NCBI GenBank assembly: GCA_016176295.1
Contig: JACOXN010000007.1
Span: forward strand, 1-53,787
Reading direction: 5' to 3'
From: Candidatus Giovannonibacteria bacterium
GTDB taxonomy: Bacteria; Patescibacteriota; Minisyncoccia; UBA11713; 2-01-FULL-45-33
DNA: 53,787 nucleotides
This document shows, piece after piece, positions 45,398-53,787 of the stretch; within the stretch, counting starts at the first letter, position 1; each line of letters opens with the position of its first letter. Below the pieces are notes generated by a model. That model worked only from the letters and a program-made list of their open reading frames with translations, was not told where the DNA came from and did no database searches. The position numbers were made by a program, and so were the translations under genes.

Positions 45398-45427
45398 TTA
45401 TAGCCCCTCTTTCTCCAATTCGGAAAG
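45398..45427. repeat. 30-bp direct repeat, copy of the dnaJ 3' end (att-like)
   Basis: TTATAGCCCCTCTTTCTCCAATTCGGAAAG, identical to 48469-48498; flanking bases differ on both sides. Confidence 0.92.
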
Positions 45428-46057
45428 AATAAGGGCCCGTTCTTCAACAGGAAGTGATTTGAAGCTGTTTCTCGTATTTTTATGCGCAATATCAGCATTC
45501 AATAAAACTTCGTTTGGGTAGGCATTGCGCAAACTGATTACTTTCTCATCAGTTTGGCTCAAAGCACTTAATTCATCAACGCCCAATGAGTTATCTTTGC
45601 TAAGAATTTTCCATCCATTAGAATGTCCGTTAAGAGAGTACCACTTATATTTTTCGTTATATCTTGCAGTTAATAAATATGTTATTCCAGGTTCAAGTAA
45701 GGGCATCTTGCCTTCTGTGTAAAGTGTAGAGTTATTGAAGCCGCCGAGTTGATCGACTGTCACCAATCCATTCAAATCTCCCTTAATATTCGATATGACT
45801 TGAACTTCGAATTGTGTTTTGGGTACCCCTAGGTGACTTTCACTGCCAACCTGCTTAATAACCTTACCCACAAATATATTATGTGATGCTCCTATAAGCA
45901 CTTTATCATCTGAGTAATCGGCGGCATACGATAGGTGCAATTCGACTGTTTTAACAGGAATTAGATGTATATTCAAGTTTAATAAATATATGCTTGTTAT
46001 AATCCCAATCATTAAACCGCCACCTGCCAAAGAATATTTTAAGTTTTTTTTATTCAT
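45398..46057 (-). CDS. Membrane-anchored hypothetical protein; last 9 codons and stop come from the dnaJ repeat
   Basis: N-terminal TM; ends LSELEKEGL like DnaJ. Confidence 0.75.
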   Translation of the reverse strand: MNKKNLKYSLAGGGLMIGIITSIYLLNLNIHLIPVKTVELHLSYAADYSDDKVLIGASHNIFVGKVIKQVGSESHLGVPKTQFEVQVISNIKGDLNGLVTVDQLGGFNNSTLYTEGKMPLLEPGITYLLTARYNEKYKWYSLNGHSNGWKILSKDNSLGVDELSALSQTDEKVISLRNAYPNEVLLNADIAHKNTRNSFKSLPVEERALILSELEKEGL

Positions 46058-46086
46058 AATTATTTACTATTAAACAATAATTATTG

Positions 46087-46410
46087 TTATTGAATTAATA
46101 AGCTAATATTGATATTACATTTTTTTGATGCCGCAATAACGACCTTACTTAATTCTTGTACTGAAGAGATTTTTTTGGCTAATCTAACGGACCGCCCATC
46201 AATAAAGTAAATAACAGTTTCCGAGTTATAAAATCTGACAGATTTGACTACACATTTTTCAATTAATGGAATTGCCTCATCTGTTGTTTTAGGAAGCAAA
46301 AAAGAATCTGTGTTTTGATTTGTCTTTATATAATATATAGTAGCACCAGCCAGGCTAACCACTGTTATCACTATTAGTAAATACTTTAAGAATTTCGAAA
46401 ACATAGACAC
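46087..46410 (-). CDS. Single-TM hypothetical protein
   Basis: 107-aa ORF 3 nt after the protease stop. Confidence 0.65.
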   Translation of the reverse strand: MSMFSKFLKYLLIVITVVSLAGATIYYIKTNQNTDSFLLPKTTDEAIPLIEKCVVKSVRFYNSETVIYFIDGRSVRLAKKISSVQELSKVVIAASKKCNINISLLIQ

Positions 46411-46413
46411 TTA

Positions 46414-48345
46414 CTACGGATATAAATACGCATAATCTGAAACATCTTGACTACCTAAACTTGTTTGGGAAGTAACGCCCGCATGCATTATATTTCCGTC
46501 ATAACTATGATCTAAGCCAAGTGCATGACCAAGCTCATGAGTAGCAACAAATTGTCTTTGATTAGAAGTATAATTGCTGAAAGGATAAGAATTTAGATAA
46601 ATCACATCGATTCCGCCAAAATCTTCGCAGTCATAGTAACAATACAAGCCATCCCAATATTCGCTGGGTTCGTAGGCATCTGTGACTCCAAGGTCTGCTG
46701 TTGTATCTACAGTATCGGTAGCAACGTTTATTTGATTTTGAGCATTCCACGTATCTACAGCACTATACCAGGCAGATGCATATTGCGTTGAAGCTATATA
46801 GCGAATTTCATTAGTATTTTGATTTACCGATGAATACCCCAAAACGTAATGAGGACCTCCCACCCAAGGATTAAAATCAACATTATTTGAAACCTTACTA
46901 TTTTGATTACCTGATGGATTTGATGTCGCATGGTAAGGACCCGAAGAGCTTCCCCAGTAATTATTTAAAGCATTTATATTTGCGCCTGAACTATTAAAAG
47001 CCCCGTAAGAAGTAAAGTTTTCAATTGTGCTTGAAGCCACAGAAATAACACCATCATTTTGATACAATCCATACGTTCCATTATGTAAGTAGGAATAGGT
47101 AATAGTCGTGGTGCCAGTTGAAGTTTGCAATATCTGCGTACTGGATGTCGCAGCCTCAGAATTAATAAATTCCAAATCACCGCCATAATTTAACAGCATT
47201 GGATATGTATAACCGCCATAACGCACTACAGTGTGGGATAGCGTGCCAGTGGACCCCGAGTTGAACTGAATCGTGTCCCAGTTTCCGGCAGCCGGTGTTG
47301 TGGCTGAGCCGTCATTATTCGTGTCCCCGCCAATTGAATCATCCTTTAAAGAAGTAAAGAAAATATTTACTTCGGGGTTACCTAAAGCTTGCAATGTTCC
47401 ATTAACTGTAAGACCGGCAGAGGTGCCGTCGAATTTTACTATGACGCCCGGTTTTAAAGTTAATGTTTTTCCAGACCCTATAGAGAAACCCTGGAGAATA
47501 TAGGGTATATCTGCGGCCCAGGTTTGATTATTAGCCATACCGCCTGTGATGATAAATCCGTTCTTCCCATTTCCTGAGGCTGAATTGTTGGTGGAAGAAG
47601 CGACTAGACCATATGTAAGTATAAAACGACCGGCTGCGGTCGTATTTCCATTTAAGGTGGAATTTTCTACAAAAATGCTTCCAGAATCATTGCTATCAAT
47701 GCCGTAGTTTGTATTGTCGCGTATCGTGCTTGAATCGACATGGACATAGCCGTTGTTTTGATAAACGCCGTAGGTTCCGTGGTGAATTACGGAGGAAATA
47801 ACAGTTGTTGTGCCTGTATAATTATATATAACCTGCGAGCTCGATGTTGCGACTTCTGAATTAGACACAGTTAAATTGCCGCCGTAAGTAAAAAAGATGG
47901 GATATGTGCTGCCGCCGTAGCGAACGACTGCATGTGATATCGTACCGACTGAACCGGAATTGAACTGAATCGTATCCCAGTTTCCAGCGGCGGGTGTTGT
48001 GGCTGAGCCGTCGTTATTCGTATCACCACCCACAGCATCATCTTTGAACGAGGTGAAATAAATTGTGCTTGTGGACGTGCCTTGCGCATCCAGTGTTCCG
48101 CTGACGGTAAGAGCGACACCGGATTTGAATTTAACAACAACACCCGGTTCAATAGTTAAAGTTACGCCTGAATTTATTGAAATTGAATTTTGAATTATGT
48201 AGACACTGCCTGAAGTATCCCAAGTAGTGTTAGATGATACATTGCTGGTTATCGTCGTATCCGCATGCGCGAGAAAAGAAAAACCTGCGAAGAATATTAA
48301 AACAAAGCTGAAAATTAATAACCGATAATGAAAAGGTGATCTCAT
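46414..48345 (-). CDS. Secreted beta-helix repeat protein with C-terminal metzincin (matrixin-like) protease
   Basis: Signal peptide, two LT(I/L)xPGV(V/I)VKF...WDTIQF repeats, HELGHALGLDH (HExxHxxGxxH) and Met-turn NIMHA. Confidence 0.85.
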   Translation of the reverse strand: MRSPFHYRLLIFSFVLIFFAGFSFLAHADTTITSNVSSNTTWDTSGSVYIIQNSISINSGVTLTIEPGVVVKFKSGVALTVSGTLDAQGTSTSTIYFTSFKDDAVGGDTNNDGSATTPAAGNWDTIQFNSGSVGTISHAVVRYGGSTYPIFFTYGGNLTVSNSEVATSSSQVIYNYTGTTTVISSVIHHGTYGVYQNNGYVHVDSSTIRDNTNYGIDSNDSGSIFVENSTLNGNTTAAGRFILTYGLVASSTNNSASGNGKNGFIITGGMANNQTWAADIPYILQGFSIGSGKTLTLKPGVIVKFDGTSAGLTVNGTLQALGNPEVNIFFTSLKDDSIGGDTNNDGSATTPAAGNWDTIQFNSGSTGTLSHTVVRYGGYTYPMLLNYGGDLEFINSEAATSSTQILQTSTGTTTITYSYLHNGTYGLYQNDGVISVASSTIENFTSYGAFNSSGANINALNNYWGSSSGPYHATSNPSGNQNSKVSNNVDFNPWVGGPHYVLGYSSVNQNTNEIRYIASTQYASAWYSAVDTWNAQNQINVATDTVDTTADLGVTDAYEPSEYWDGLYCYYDCEDFGGIDVIYLNSYPFSNYTSNQRQFVATHELGHALGLDHSYDGNIMHAGVTSQTSLGSQDVSDYAYLYP

Positions 48346-48468
48346 TAGGATTATAAAATTAATTATTTAATAAAATAGCTTTAATTTAAGTTTAACACAG
48401 CAGATAAAGACCCAAAAAAAAGTTATACACTGGTTGCATAAAAATGTATAAAGTTATTTCTTTGGTCT

Positions 48469-48498
48469 TTATAGCCCCTCTTTCTCCAATTCGGAAAG
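48469..48498. repeat. 30-bp direct repeat, dnaJ 3' end
   Basis: Identical to 45398-45427. Confidence 0.92.
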
Positions 48499-49545
48499 GA
48501 GGTCGCGGGCGCGCGAGCTCAATTTTTTAGGCAGCCTGGGGAAAATCCTTATCAAAAGGTCGCCTCTTCCTCCGCGGAGCTTCGGAACTCCTTTGCCGCG
48601 GATGCGCAAAAAGTCTCCGGCCTTGGAAAGCTCCGGAATGCGCACTTCTATTTTTCCTTCAAGCGTTTCTAAAATTTCTTTGCCTCCCAAAAGCATTTTA
48701 CTGGGAGAAACATTGAGGTCTGTCAAAATATCCTGTCCTTCGCGGCGGAATATCGGATGCGGCATCACTCTTATCTTTACATAGAGGTCCCCGGAAACTG
48801 CGCCGGGAGCGGCTTCTCCCATGCCGGAAAGTTTTATCGCCTCGCCGTCGCGGATCCCCGGAGGGATTTCAATATCGATATTTTCCTGCTTCCGCAGAAC
48901 GCCGACGCCTCTGCAAACCTGGCAGACTTTTTCCGGAATTTCCCCGCGTCCGCCGCAGTTGGAGCACTCGGCGAGTGAAGTGAAAGTGCCGAAAACCGAG
49001 CGGCGGCTTTCCCTGATGGTTCCCGTCCCCTGGCAGTGCGCGCACTTATTGGCTTTGCTTCCCGGCTCCCCTCCTTCGCCTCCGCAATGTTCGCAGGTTG
49101 AAGTTTTTTCAAGCACGATGCTTCGTCTGATGCCGAATACCGAGTCCGAAAACGCTATATCGATACCGATGGAAATATCCCTGCCGCGCTTCTGCCTTCT
49201 TTTGCCGTGCCCGCCGTAAAAATCACCGCCGAACCCCGCGAAAATATCCTCAAAAATATCTCCGAAATCGGCGTTGCCGAAAGGCGAGGCGCCGGCAGAG
49301 CCGGAGCCGGATGAAAAACCCGAAAAATCCCGGCCCTGGAAAGAGGACCCGAACTGGTCGTACTGCCGTCTTTTATTCTCATCCTCCAGAACCTGATAGG
49401 CTTCATTTATTTCCTTGAACCTTTTTTCATCGCCGCTTTTTTTGTCCGGATGATATTGGTGCGCCAATTTGCGGTAGGCGCGTTTTATTTCATCGCGCGT
49501 GGCGTTCCTCGGTATCCCCAAAATTTCGTAATAATCCTTGCTCAT
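48469..49545 (-). CDS. dnaJ: Chaperone DnaJ
   Basis: J domain with HPD, G/F region, four CxxCxGxG repeats. Confidence 0.96.
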   Translation of the reverse strand: MSKDYYEILGIPRNATRDEIKRAYRKLAHQYHPDKKSGDEKRFKEINEAYQVLEDENKRRQYDQFGSSFQGRDFSGFSSGSGSAGASPFGNADFGDIFEDIFAGFGGDFYGGHGKRRQKRGRDISIGIDIAFSDSVFGIRRSIVLEKTSTCEHCGGEGGEPGSKANKCAHCQGTGTIRESRRSVFGTFTSLAECSNCGGRGEIPEKVCQVCRGVGVLRKQENIDIEIPPGIRDGEAIKLSGMGEAAPGAVSGDLYVKIRVMPHPIFRREGQDILTDLNVSPSKMLLGGKEILETLEGKIEVRIPELSKAGDFLRIRGKGVPKLRGGRGDLLIRIFPRLPKKLSSRARDLLSELEKEGL

Positions 49546-49555
49546 TAAAATATAT

Positions 49556-50383
49556 TTAAACTAATATCTCCCGGGAGGCGGGTATTTTCGTCTTCACAAA
49601 TAAACCCGCGACTGTGAATATCTTAATAAATAAAAACATAAAGAGCAACGCCCCGTACATAAATATGATACTCACGAATTTTAGCGCCAGGAAGTAACTG
49701 GCCGCCGCTATCACCGGAATGTAGAACCGGTATGGCCCGGTATATTCGTTCAATTTGGCGATAGAGAGCTTATAAAGAGCCCGCGAGACATTCTCGTCTC
49801 CTTTAATACTGATGCCGAGTTCCGCCGAAAACTGCTCGATCTGCTCCGATATGGCCACGTCCTCTATTTTACTGTCTGCGGTTATGCCGGGAAAATATTT
49901 TTGAAGCGGGACTTCCAAAAATTTGAAAATTCCGTGGAAAATATTTTCCGGCAGAAGAAGCGAAGCGGAGGACTGCTCGAAAATGCTGCCGTAATAGGAA
50001 AAAGCGACGACAACCGCGAGGGAAGTAAAAAACATTTTCAGGCTTTTCCCGACTATCTTTTTTGAAGAAAAAGCGACGGACGCATTGTACTCGCGCTCCG
50101 AATCCCAGACAGAGTAAAGCAGAATGGCTAGCGCCAAAAGGAGCCCGGAGAGCGTGAACTTGCTTTGCCCCAGAGAAACGGCGAAAAGCATCAGCGATAA
50201 AATTGGAACTCCCCACCGGAGCCAAAGGTTCTCGGTAAAAATGAGGAAAAAACCGTATATGACCGCATAAGCCAGAATAACCAACGAAACAATAGGATAA
50301 TCCGGTATCTTGCCCCAAAAATATCCTCCGATAAATCCGGCCGCCGTAAGCAAGATGCCAAAAATTATTTCCTTATTTTTCAT
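49556..50383 (-). CDS. Multi-pass membrane hypothetical protein between dnaK and dnaJ
   Basis: 275 aa, several TM segments, overlaps the dnaK stop. Confidence 0.7.
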   Translation of the reverse strand: MKNKEIIFGILLTAAGFIGGYFWGKIPDYPIVSLVILAYAVIYGFFLIFTENLWLRWGVPILSLMLFAVSLGQSKFTLSGLLLALAILLYSVWDSEREYNASVAFSSKKIVGKSLKMFFTSLAVVVAFSYYGSIFEQSSASLLLPENIFHGIFKFLEVPLQKYFPGITADSKIEDVAISEQIEQFSAELGISIKGDENVSRALYKLSIAKLNEYTGPYRFYIPVIAAASYFLALKFVSIIFMYGALLFMFLFIKIFTVAGLFVKTKIPASREILV

Positions 50384-52256
50384 TATTTTTGTCGTTCCCG
50401 ATATCTTTGTATTCCGTGTCTTTTACATCCTTATCTTTATTTTCCTCCTTGGGCTTTTGTTTGTAAAGCTCCTCTCCTATTTTTGAAATCTCTTGTGAAA
50501 GTTCTTTTTCCGCTGCTTCCAGCCGTCCCAGGTCGCTTCCATCTTTTACATTCTTTAGCTCCGCTATTTTTGCTTCAACACCTTTTTTAATCTCATCGCT
50601 TATCTTGTCCCCCGCATCGCGGAGTGATTTTTCCGCGGAGTAAACCAGTGAGTCCGCCCGGTTCTTGGCATCTATCAGATCGCGGGCTTTTTTATCTTCT
50701 TCCGCATGTAAAGCCGCGTCCTGCTTCATTTTTTCCACTTCTTCTTTAGAAAGACCGGAAGAAGCTTCAATACGGATGCTTTGTTCTTTTCCCGTGGCCT
50801 TGTCCTTGGCTTTGGCGGAAAGTATGCCGTTGGCATCTATGTCGAAAGAAACTTCCACCTGCGGCATTCCGCGGGGCGAAGGAGGAATACCGTCCAAAAT
50901 GAACGTGCCCAAAGTTTTATTGCCGGAGGCCATTTCGCGCTCTCCCTGGAGAACGTGTATTTCCACGGAGGTCTGATTGTCCGCGGCGGTGGAAAATACC
51001 TGGCTCCTCGAAACCGGTATCGTGGTATTTTTTTCGATAAGCTTGGTCATCACTCCTCCCAGAGTTTCAAGACCCAGGGAAAGCGGGGTCACATCCAGCA
51101 GTAAAACGTCCTTTACGTCTCCCTGCAGAATTCCTCCCTGGACCGCGGCTCCCACTGCCACGACTTCGTCGGGATTGATGGTCAGGTTGGCGTTCTTGCC
51201 GAAAAGTTTCTTGATTCCCTCGACAATCGCGGGCATCCTGGTCTGCCCTCCCACGAGGACTATTTCGTCAATCTCGGATATTTCAAATTTTGCCTCCTTC
51301 ACCACATCACGAGTGATGTCGAGAGATTTCTGTATGAAATCACCAACCAATTCTTCTAGCTTTGAGCGCGAAAGCTTCATAAGCAGATGTTTCGGGCCGG
51401 AAGCGTCCGAAGTAATAAAAGGAATGTTTATCTCGGTTTCGGAAACCGTAGAAAGCTCATGCTTCGCTTTTTCGGCCGCCTCTTTTAAACGCTGAAGCGC
51501 CAGCATATCCTTTGAGGTGTCTATGCCCGACTCTTTCTTAAACTCAGTGACAATGTAGTTCATTACTCTCTGATCGAAGTCATCCCCTCCCAAATGCGTG
51601 TCCCCGCCCGTCGCACGCACTTCTATAGTATCTTCGCTTATTTCAAGCACCGAGAGATCGAATGTTCCTCCGCCGAAATCGTACACCACTATCTGCTCGT
51701 TCTTTTTGCGATTCAAACCGTAAGCCAAAGCAGCCGCCGTAGGCTCGTTGATTATTCTTCTCACGGTAAATCCGGCTATCTCACCTGCGTCTTTCGTAGC
51801 TTTTCTTTGCGAATCGTCGAAATAGGCGGGCACGGTGATTATGGCTTCGTCGATTTTTTCCCCGAGCTTGGCTTCCGCATCGGCCTTCAATTTTGAAAGC
51901 ACCATCGCCGAAATTTCCTCCGGTCGGTACCATTTTTCATTTATTTTTATCTCCACCCCGCCGTTCTTCGATTCGCGCAGCTCAAAAGGGAAGAGCGCTT
52001 TGTCCCGCTGAACTTCGGCATCCGTAAACTTGCGCCCGATAAGCCGTTTTGCGGAAAATATAGTATCGCGCGGATTGGTCACTGCCTGGCGCTTCGCCAA
52101 AAGCCCAACAAGGCGCTCCCCGGTTTTGGAAAAAGCCACAATGGAAGGAGTAGTGCGCGCCCCCTCGGCGTTCTCCAAAATTTTGGGGACTCCCCCTTCG
52201 ACCACCGCCATCGCGGAATTAGTTGTTCCTAAATCTATTCCTATTATTTTTCCCAT
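50373..52256 (-). CDS. dnaK: Chaperone DnaK
   Basis: [46 protein letters not shown]. Confidence 0.97.
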   Translation of the reverse strand: MGKIIGIDLGTTNSAMAVVEGGVPKILENAEGARTTPSIVAFSKTGERLVGLLAKRQAVTNPRDTIFSAKRLIGRKFTDAEVQRDKALFPFELRESKNGGVEIKINEKWYRPEEISAMVLSKLKADAEAKLGEKIDEAIITVPAYFDDSQRKATKDAGEIAGFTVRRIINEPTAAALAYGLNRKKNEQIVVYDFGGGTFDLSVLEISEDTIEVRATGGDTHLGGDDFDQRVMNYIVTEFKKESGIDTSKDMLALQRLKEAAEKAKHELSTVSETEINIPFITSDASGPKHLLMKLSRSKLEELVGDFIQKSLDITRDVVKEAKFEISEIDEIVLVGGQTRMPAIVEGIKKLFGKNANLTINPDEVVAVGAAVQGGILQGDVKDVLLLDVTPLSLGLETLGGVMTKLIEKNTTIPVSRSQVFSTAADNQTSVEIHVLQGEREMASGNKTLGTFILDGIPPSPRGMPQVEVSFDIDANGILSAKAKDKATGKEQSIRIEASSGLSKEEVEKMKQDAALHAEEDKKARDLIDAKNRADSLVYSAEKSLRDAGDKISDEIKKGVEAKIAELKNVKDGSDLGRLEAAEKELSQEISKIGEELYKQKPKEENKDKDVKDTEYKDIGNDKNNEK

Positions 52257-52267
52257 TTTTTTATTTA

Positions 52268-52828
52268 TTAATTTTTAATCTCTTTGCCCCCGGAATATTT
52301 CCCGGTCTTTACTTTTGCCGGCCGGAGGACTTTGCCGTGTATCAGATAACCCTTTTGAAGCTCATCAAGTATCTCGCCGTCCTTTGAGCTCTCGCTCACA
52401 TCCGCCGTCTCCCACGCTTCATGGAATAACGGATCAAACTTCTTACCCTTGCTTTCCAGCTGCTCCACGCCGTGCTTTCTCAAAATGTCCAGAATCTGAC
52501 GGTATATCCTTTCGGCGCTTTCAAACCCGGGATCGTGCTTAACGGCCATATCAAGCGAATCCGCGACAAACAGCAATTCCAGCAAAATATTCTCTTCCGC
52601 AAATTGGACAAACGCTTTTCTGGCCTTTTCATCGTCTTTCCTGGCATTTATGAAATCCGCTTTCGCTCTTTGCCATCCTGCCAGATATTCATCGCGTTCC
52701 TTTCTTAACCGGGCTGTTTCATCTTTAAGTTTTCTTATTTTCTTTTCCGGTTCGTTACCGAAGCCGTCCTCGTCGGCGAACTCAGTTTCTTCTTCAATTC
52801 CTGGCTCGCTCTCGTCGTCTTTTTTCAT
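52268..52828 (-). CDS. grpE: Nucleotide exchange factor GrpE
   Basis: [25 protein letters not shown]...RPAKV. Confidence 0.94.
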   Translation of the reverse strand: MKKDDESEPGIEEETEFADEDGFGNEPEKKIRKLKDETARLRKERDEYLAGWQRAKADFINARKDDEKARKAFVQFAEENILLELLFVADSLDMAVKHDPGFESAERIYRQILDILRKHGVEQLESKGKKFDPLFHEAWETADVSESSKDGEILDELQKGYLIHGKVLRPAKVKTGKYSGGKEIKN

Positions 52829-52829
52829 A

Positions 52830-53540
52830 TTATTGATTTAATAAGTCTATAATCTTTGAAATGGCTTTTTCATAATCCATGCGCTTGGGGCCGAAAGCGA
52901 AAAAAACAGCCTCATCCCCGCTCCGTAATCTAACGCTGGCCGCGAGCGAGCTGCCGCATCGGGCATCACGCGAAATATTTTCCTCACCTATCCAAATATC
53001 GAAGCCCCCGGAATCTTTCCCGCTGAGCACTCTTCTGTATTTTTCCATAACGTTCTCCAGATCATCCACCAACCTGCCGAAATGAGCAAGCATGGAAGAC
53101 TCCTGGAATTCCGGCTCGGAAAAAATATCCCCGAATCCGGCCTGCTCATGAAAAATTTCTTCCCCGAATGAAATCGCGCTGGCAAAAAGCTTAAGTTCTT
53201 TTGCGAATTCATGGACCGCTCCGCACATTATATCTTTGTCAAAATCTTCCCTGGGACTCTTTCTCCCAAACCCTGCACTCGGCCGGCTTAACCCATCCAC
53301 AAAATGCCTGTAGCCGCTGTCGGTCGGGATCCTTCCTCCCGAAGTGTGCGGCTTGCGGATAAGCCCGGAATCCTCCAAATCCATCATTATGTTCCTTATC
53401 GTGGCGGGGCTTATACCCAAACGGGACATTTTAAATATGCGCTCCGAAGAGACCGGCACGGCGGTCCGTCCGAAATCCTTCACAATAAAGCGCAAAATAT
53501 CGCCTTTTCTCTTATCTAGTGTTCCGCTTCCCTGAACCAT
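52830..53540 (-). CDS. hrcA: Heat-inducible repressor HrcA (shortened)
   Basis: SPATIRNIM.DLE..GLI.KPHTSGGRIPTD.GYR.FVD and GPKRMDY; start moved to ATG 53540 downstream of the -10. Confidence 0.9.
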   Translation of the reverse strand: MVQGSGTLDKRKGDILRFIVKDFGRTAVPVSSERIFKMSRLGISPATIRNIMMDLEDSGLIRKPHTSGGRIPTDSGYRHFVDGLSRPSAGFGRKSPREDFDKDIMCGAVHEFAKELKLFASAISFGEEIFHEQAGFGDIFSEPEFQESSMLAHFGRLVDDLENVMEKYRRVLSGKDSGGFDIWIGEENISRDARCGSSLAASVRLRSGDEAVFFAFGPKRMDYEKAISKIIDLLNQ

Positions 53541-53547
53541 ATATCCT

Positions 53548-53584
53548 ATTATAAAAATTAGCACTCTAATGTCAAGAGTGCTAA
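53548..53584 (-). promoter_or_regulatory. CIRCE operator overlapping the hrcA promoter
   Basis: Perfect TTAGCACTC-N9-GAGTGCTAA at 53558-53584; minus-strand TTGACA (53575-53570)-N16-TATAAT (53553-53548). Confidence 0.95.
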
Positions 53585-53624
53585 TCAGTGCTAATAGCAG
53601 TCCTTATGCCCCGCCCCCATTATA

Positions 53625-53787
53625 CTAGACACAGGCTACGTAGTAATTGGTGTTGGCAAGTTCCGTGGCAGTCATGTTCCTGGTGAAATTGGCGTTCCCT
53701 ACGCACCAGGCGCTGGAAATCAGGTTATTGCAGGAGAAAGTAAAAGGAGACCAGGCTGTTCCCGTCCAGTAATATCCCTGGTTGTAG
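53625..53787 (-). CDS. 3' end of a 5'-truncated Cys/Trp/Asn-rich extracellular protein
   Basis: Open frame YNQGYYWTGTAWSPF...NYYVACV-TAG running off the window edge. Confidence 0.5.
   Translation of the reverse strand, partial: YNQGYYWTGTAWSPFTFSCNNLISSAWCVGNANFTRNMTATELANTNYYVACV

Larger units (their letters stand above)
45398..48498. mobile_element. Integrase-less genomic cassette at the dnaJ 3' end (3,071-bp repeat period)
   Basis: 30-bp terminal direct repeats, visibly AT-rich interior, three co-oriented genes, no recombinase. Confidence 0.75.

Noticed and set aside
50665-51896. Long plus-strand ORFs opposite dnaK
   Set aside because: Shadow frames of a highly conserved gene; antisense ORFs on dnaK are a known artefact. 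The same applies to most short overlapping ORFs in the track.
1-53787. Genome-wide stop-codon reassignment (code 25 or TAA recoding)
   Set aside because: TGA ends scpB, ftsW, murF and frr, and TAA ends most conserved genes at their expected termini; only two internal TAAs were found.

Overview
53.8-kb chromosomal segment of a reduced-genome bacterium, most likely a Patescibacteria/CPR (Parcubacteria-like) organism. This is inferred from compact genes, the split dcw cluster, short HrcA/ProS/GltX variants and repeat style, and was not tested by search. TAA, TAG and TGA all act as stops. Most of the window is housekeeping: scpAB, dac, mraY-ftsW-murG, gltX, rpmA/rplI/rplU, cysS, dnaB-recR, tRNA-Glu(CTC), mraZ-rsmH-ftsL-ftsI-murF, lysS-greA, mreBCD-pbp2, proS, rseP-frr-holB, a second mreB, murA and hrcA-grpE-dnaK-dnaJ with a perfect CIRCE. 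Genes are nearly all + before ~12 kb and nearly all - after ~24 kb. The most unusual signals are: (1) an integrase-less 3,071-bp AT-rich cassette (beta-helix/matrixin surface protease plus two partner genes) bounded by a perfect 30-bp duplication of the dnaJ 3' end, so its last ORF ends in the same nine residues and stop as DnaJ; (2) a free-standing LAGLIDADG gene that almost fills the space between two dif-like palindromes; (3) two otherwise intact minus-strand genes (rplU and a coiled-coil ORF) each broken by one in-frame TAA; (4) a split between leaderless-looking core genes and Shine-Dalgarno-led accessory genes; (5) several REP-like palindromes, long hairpins and structured leaders. All calls come from reading motifs by eye; no database searches were run.
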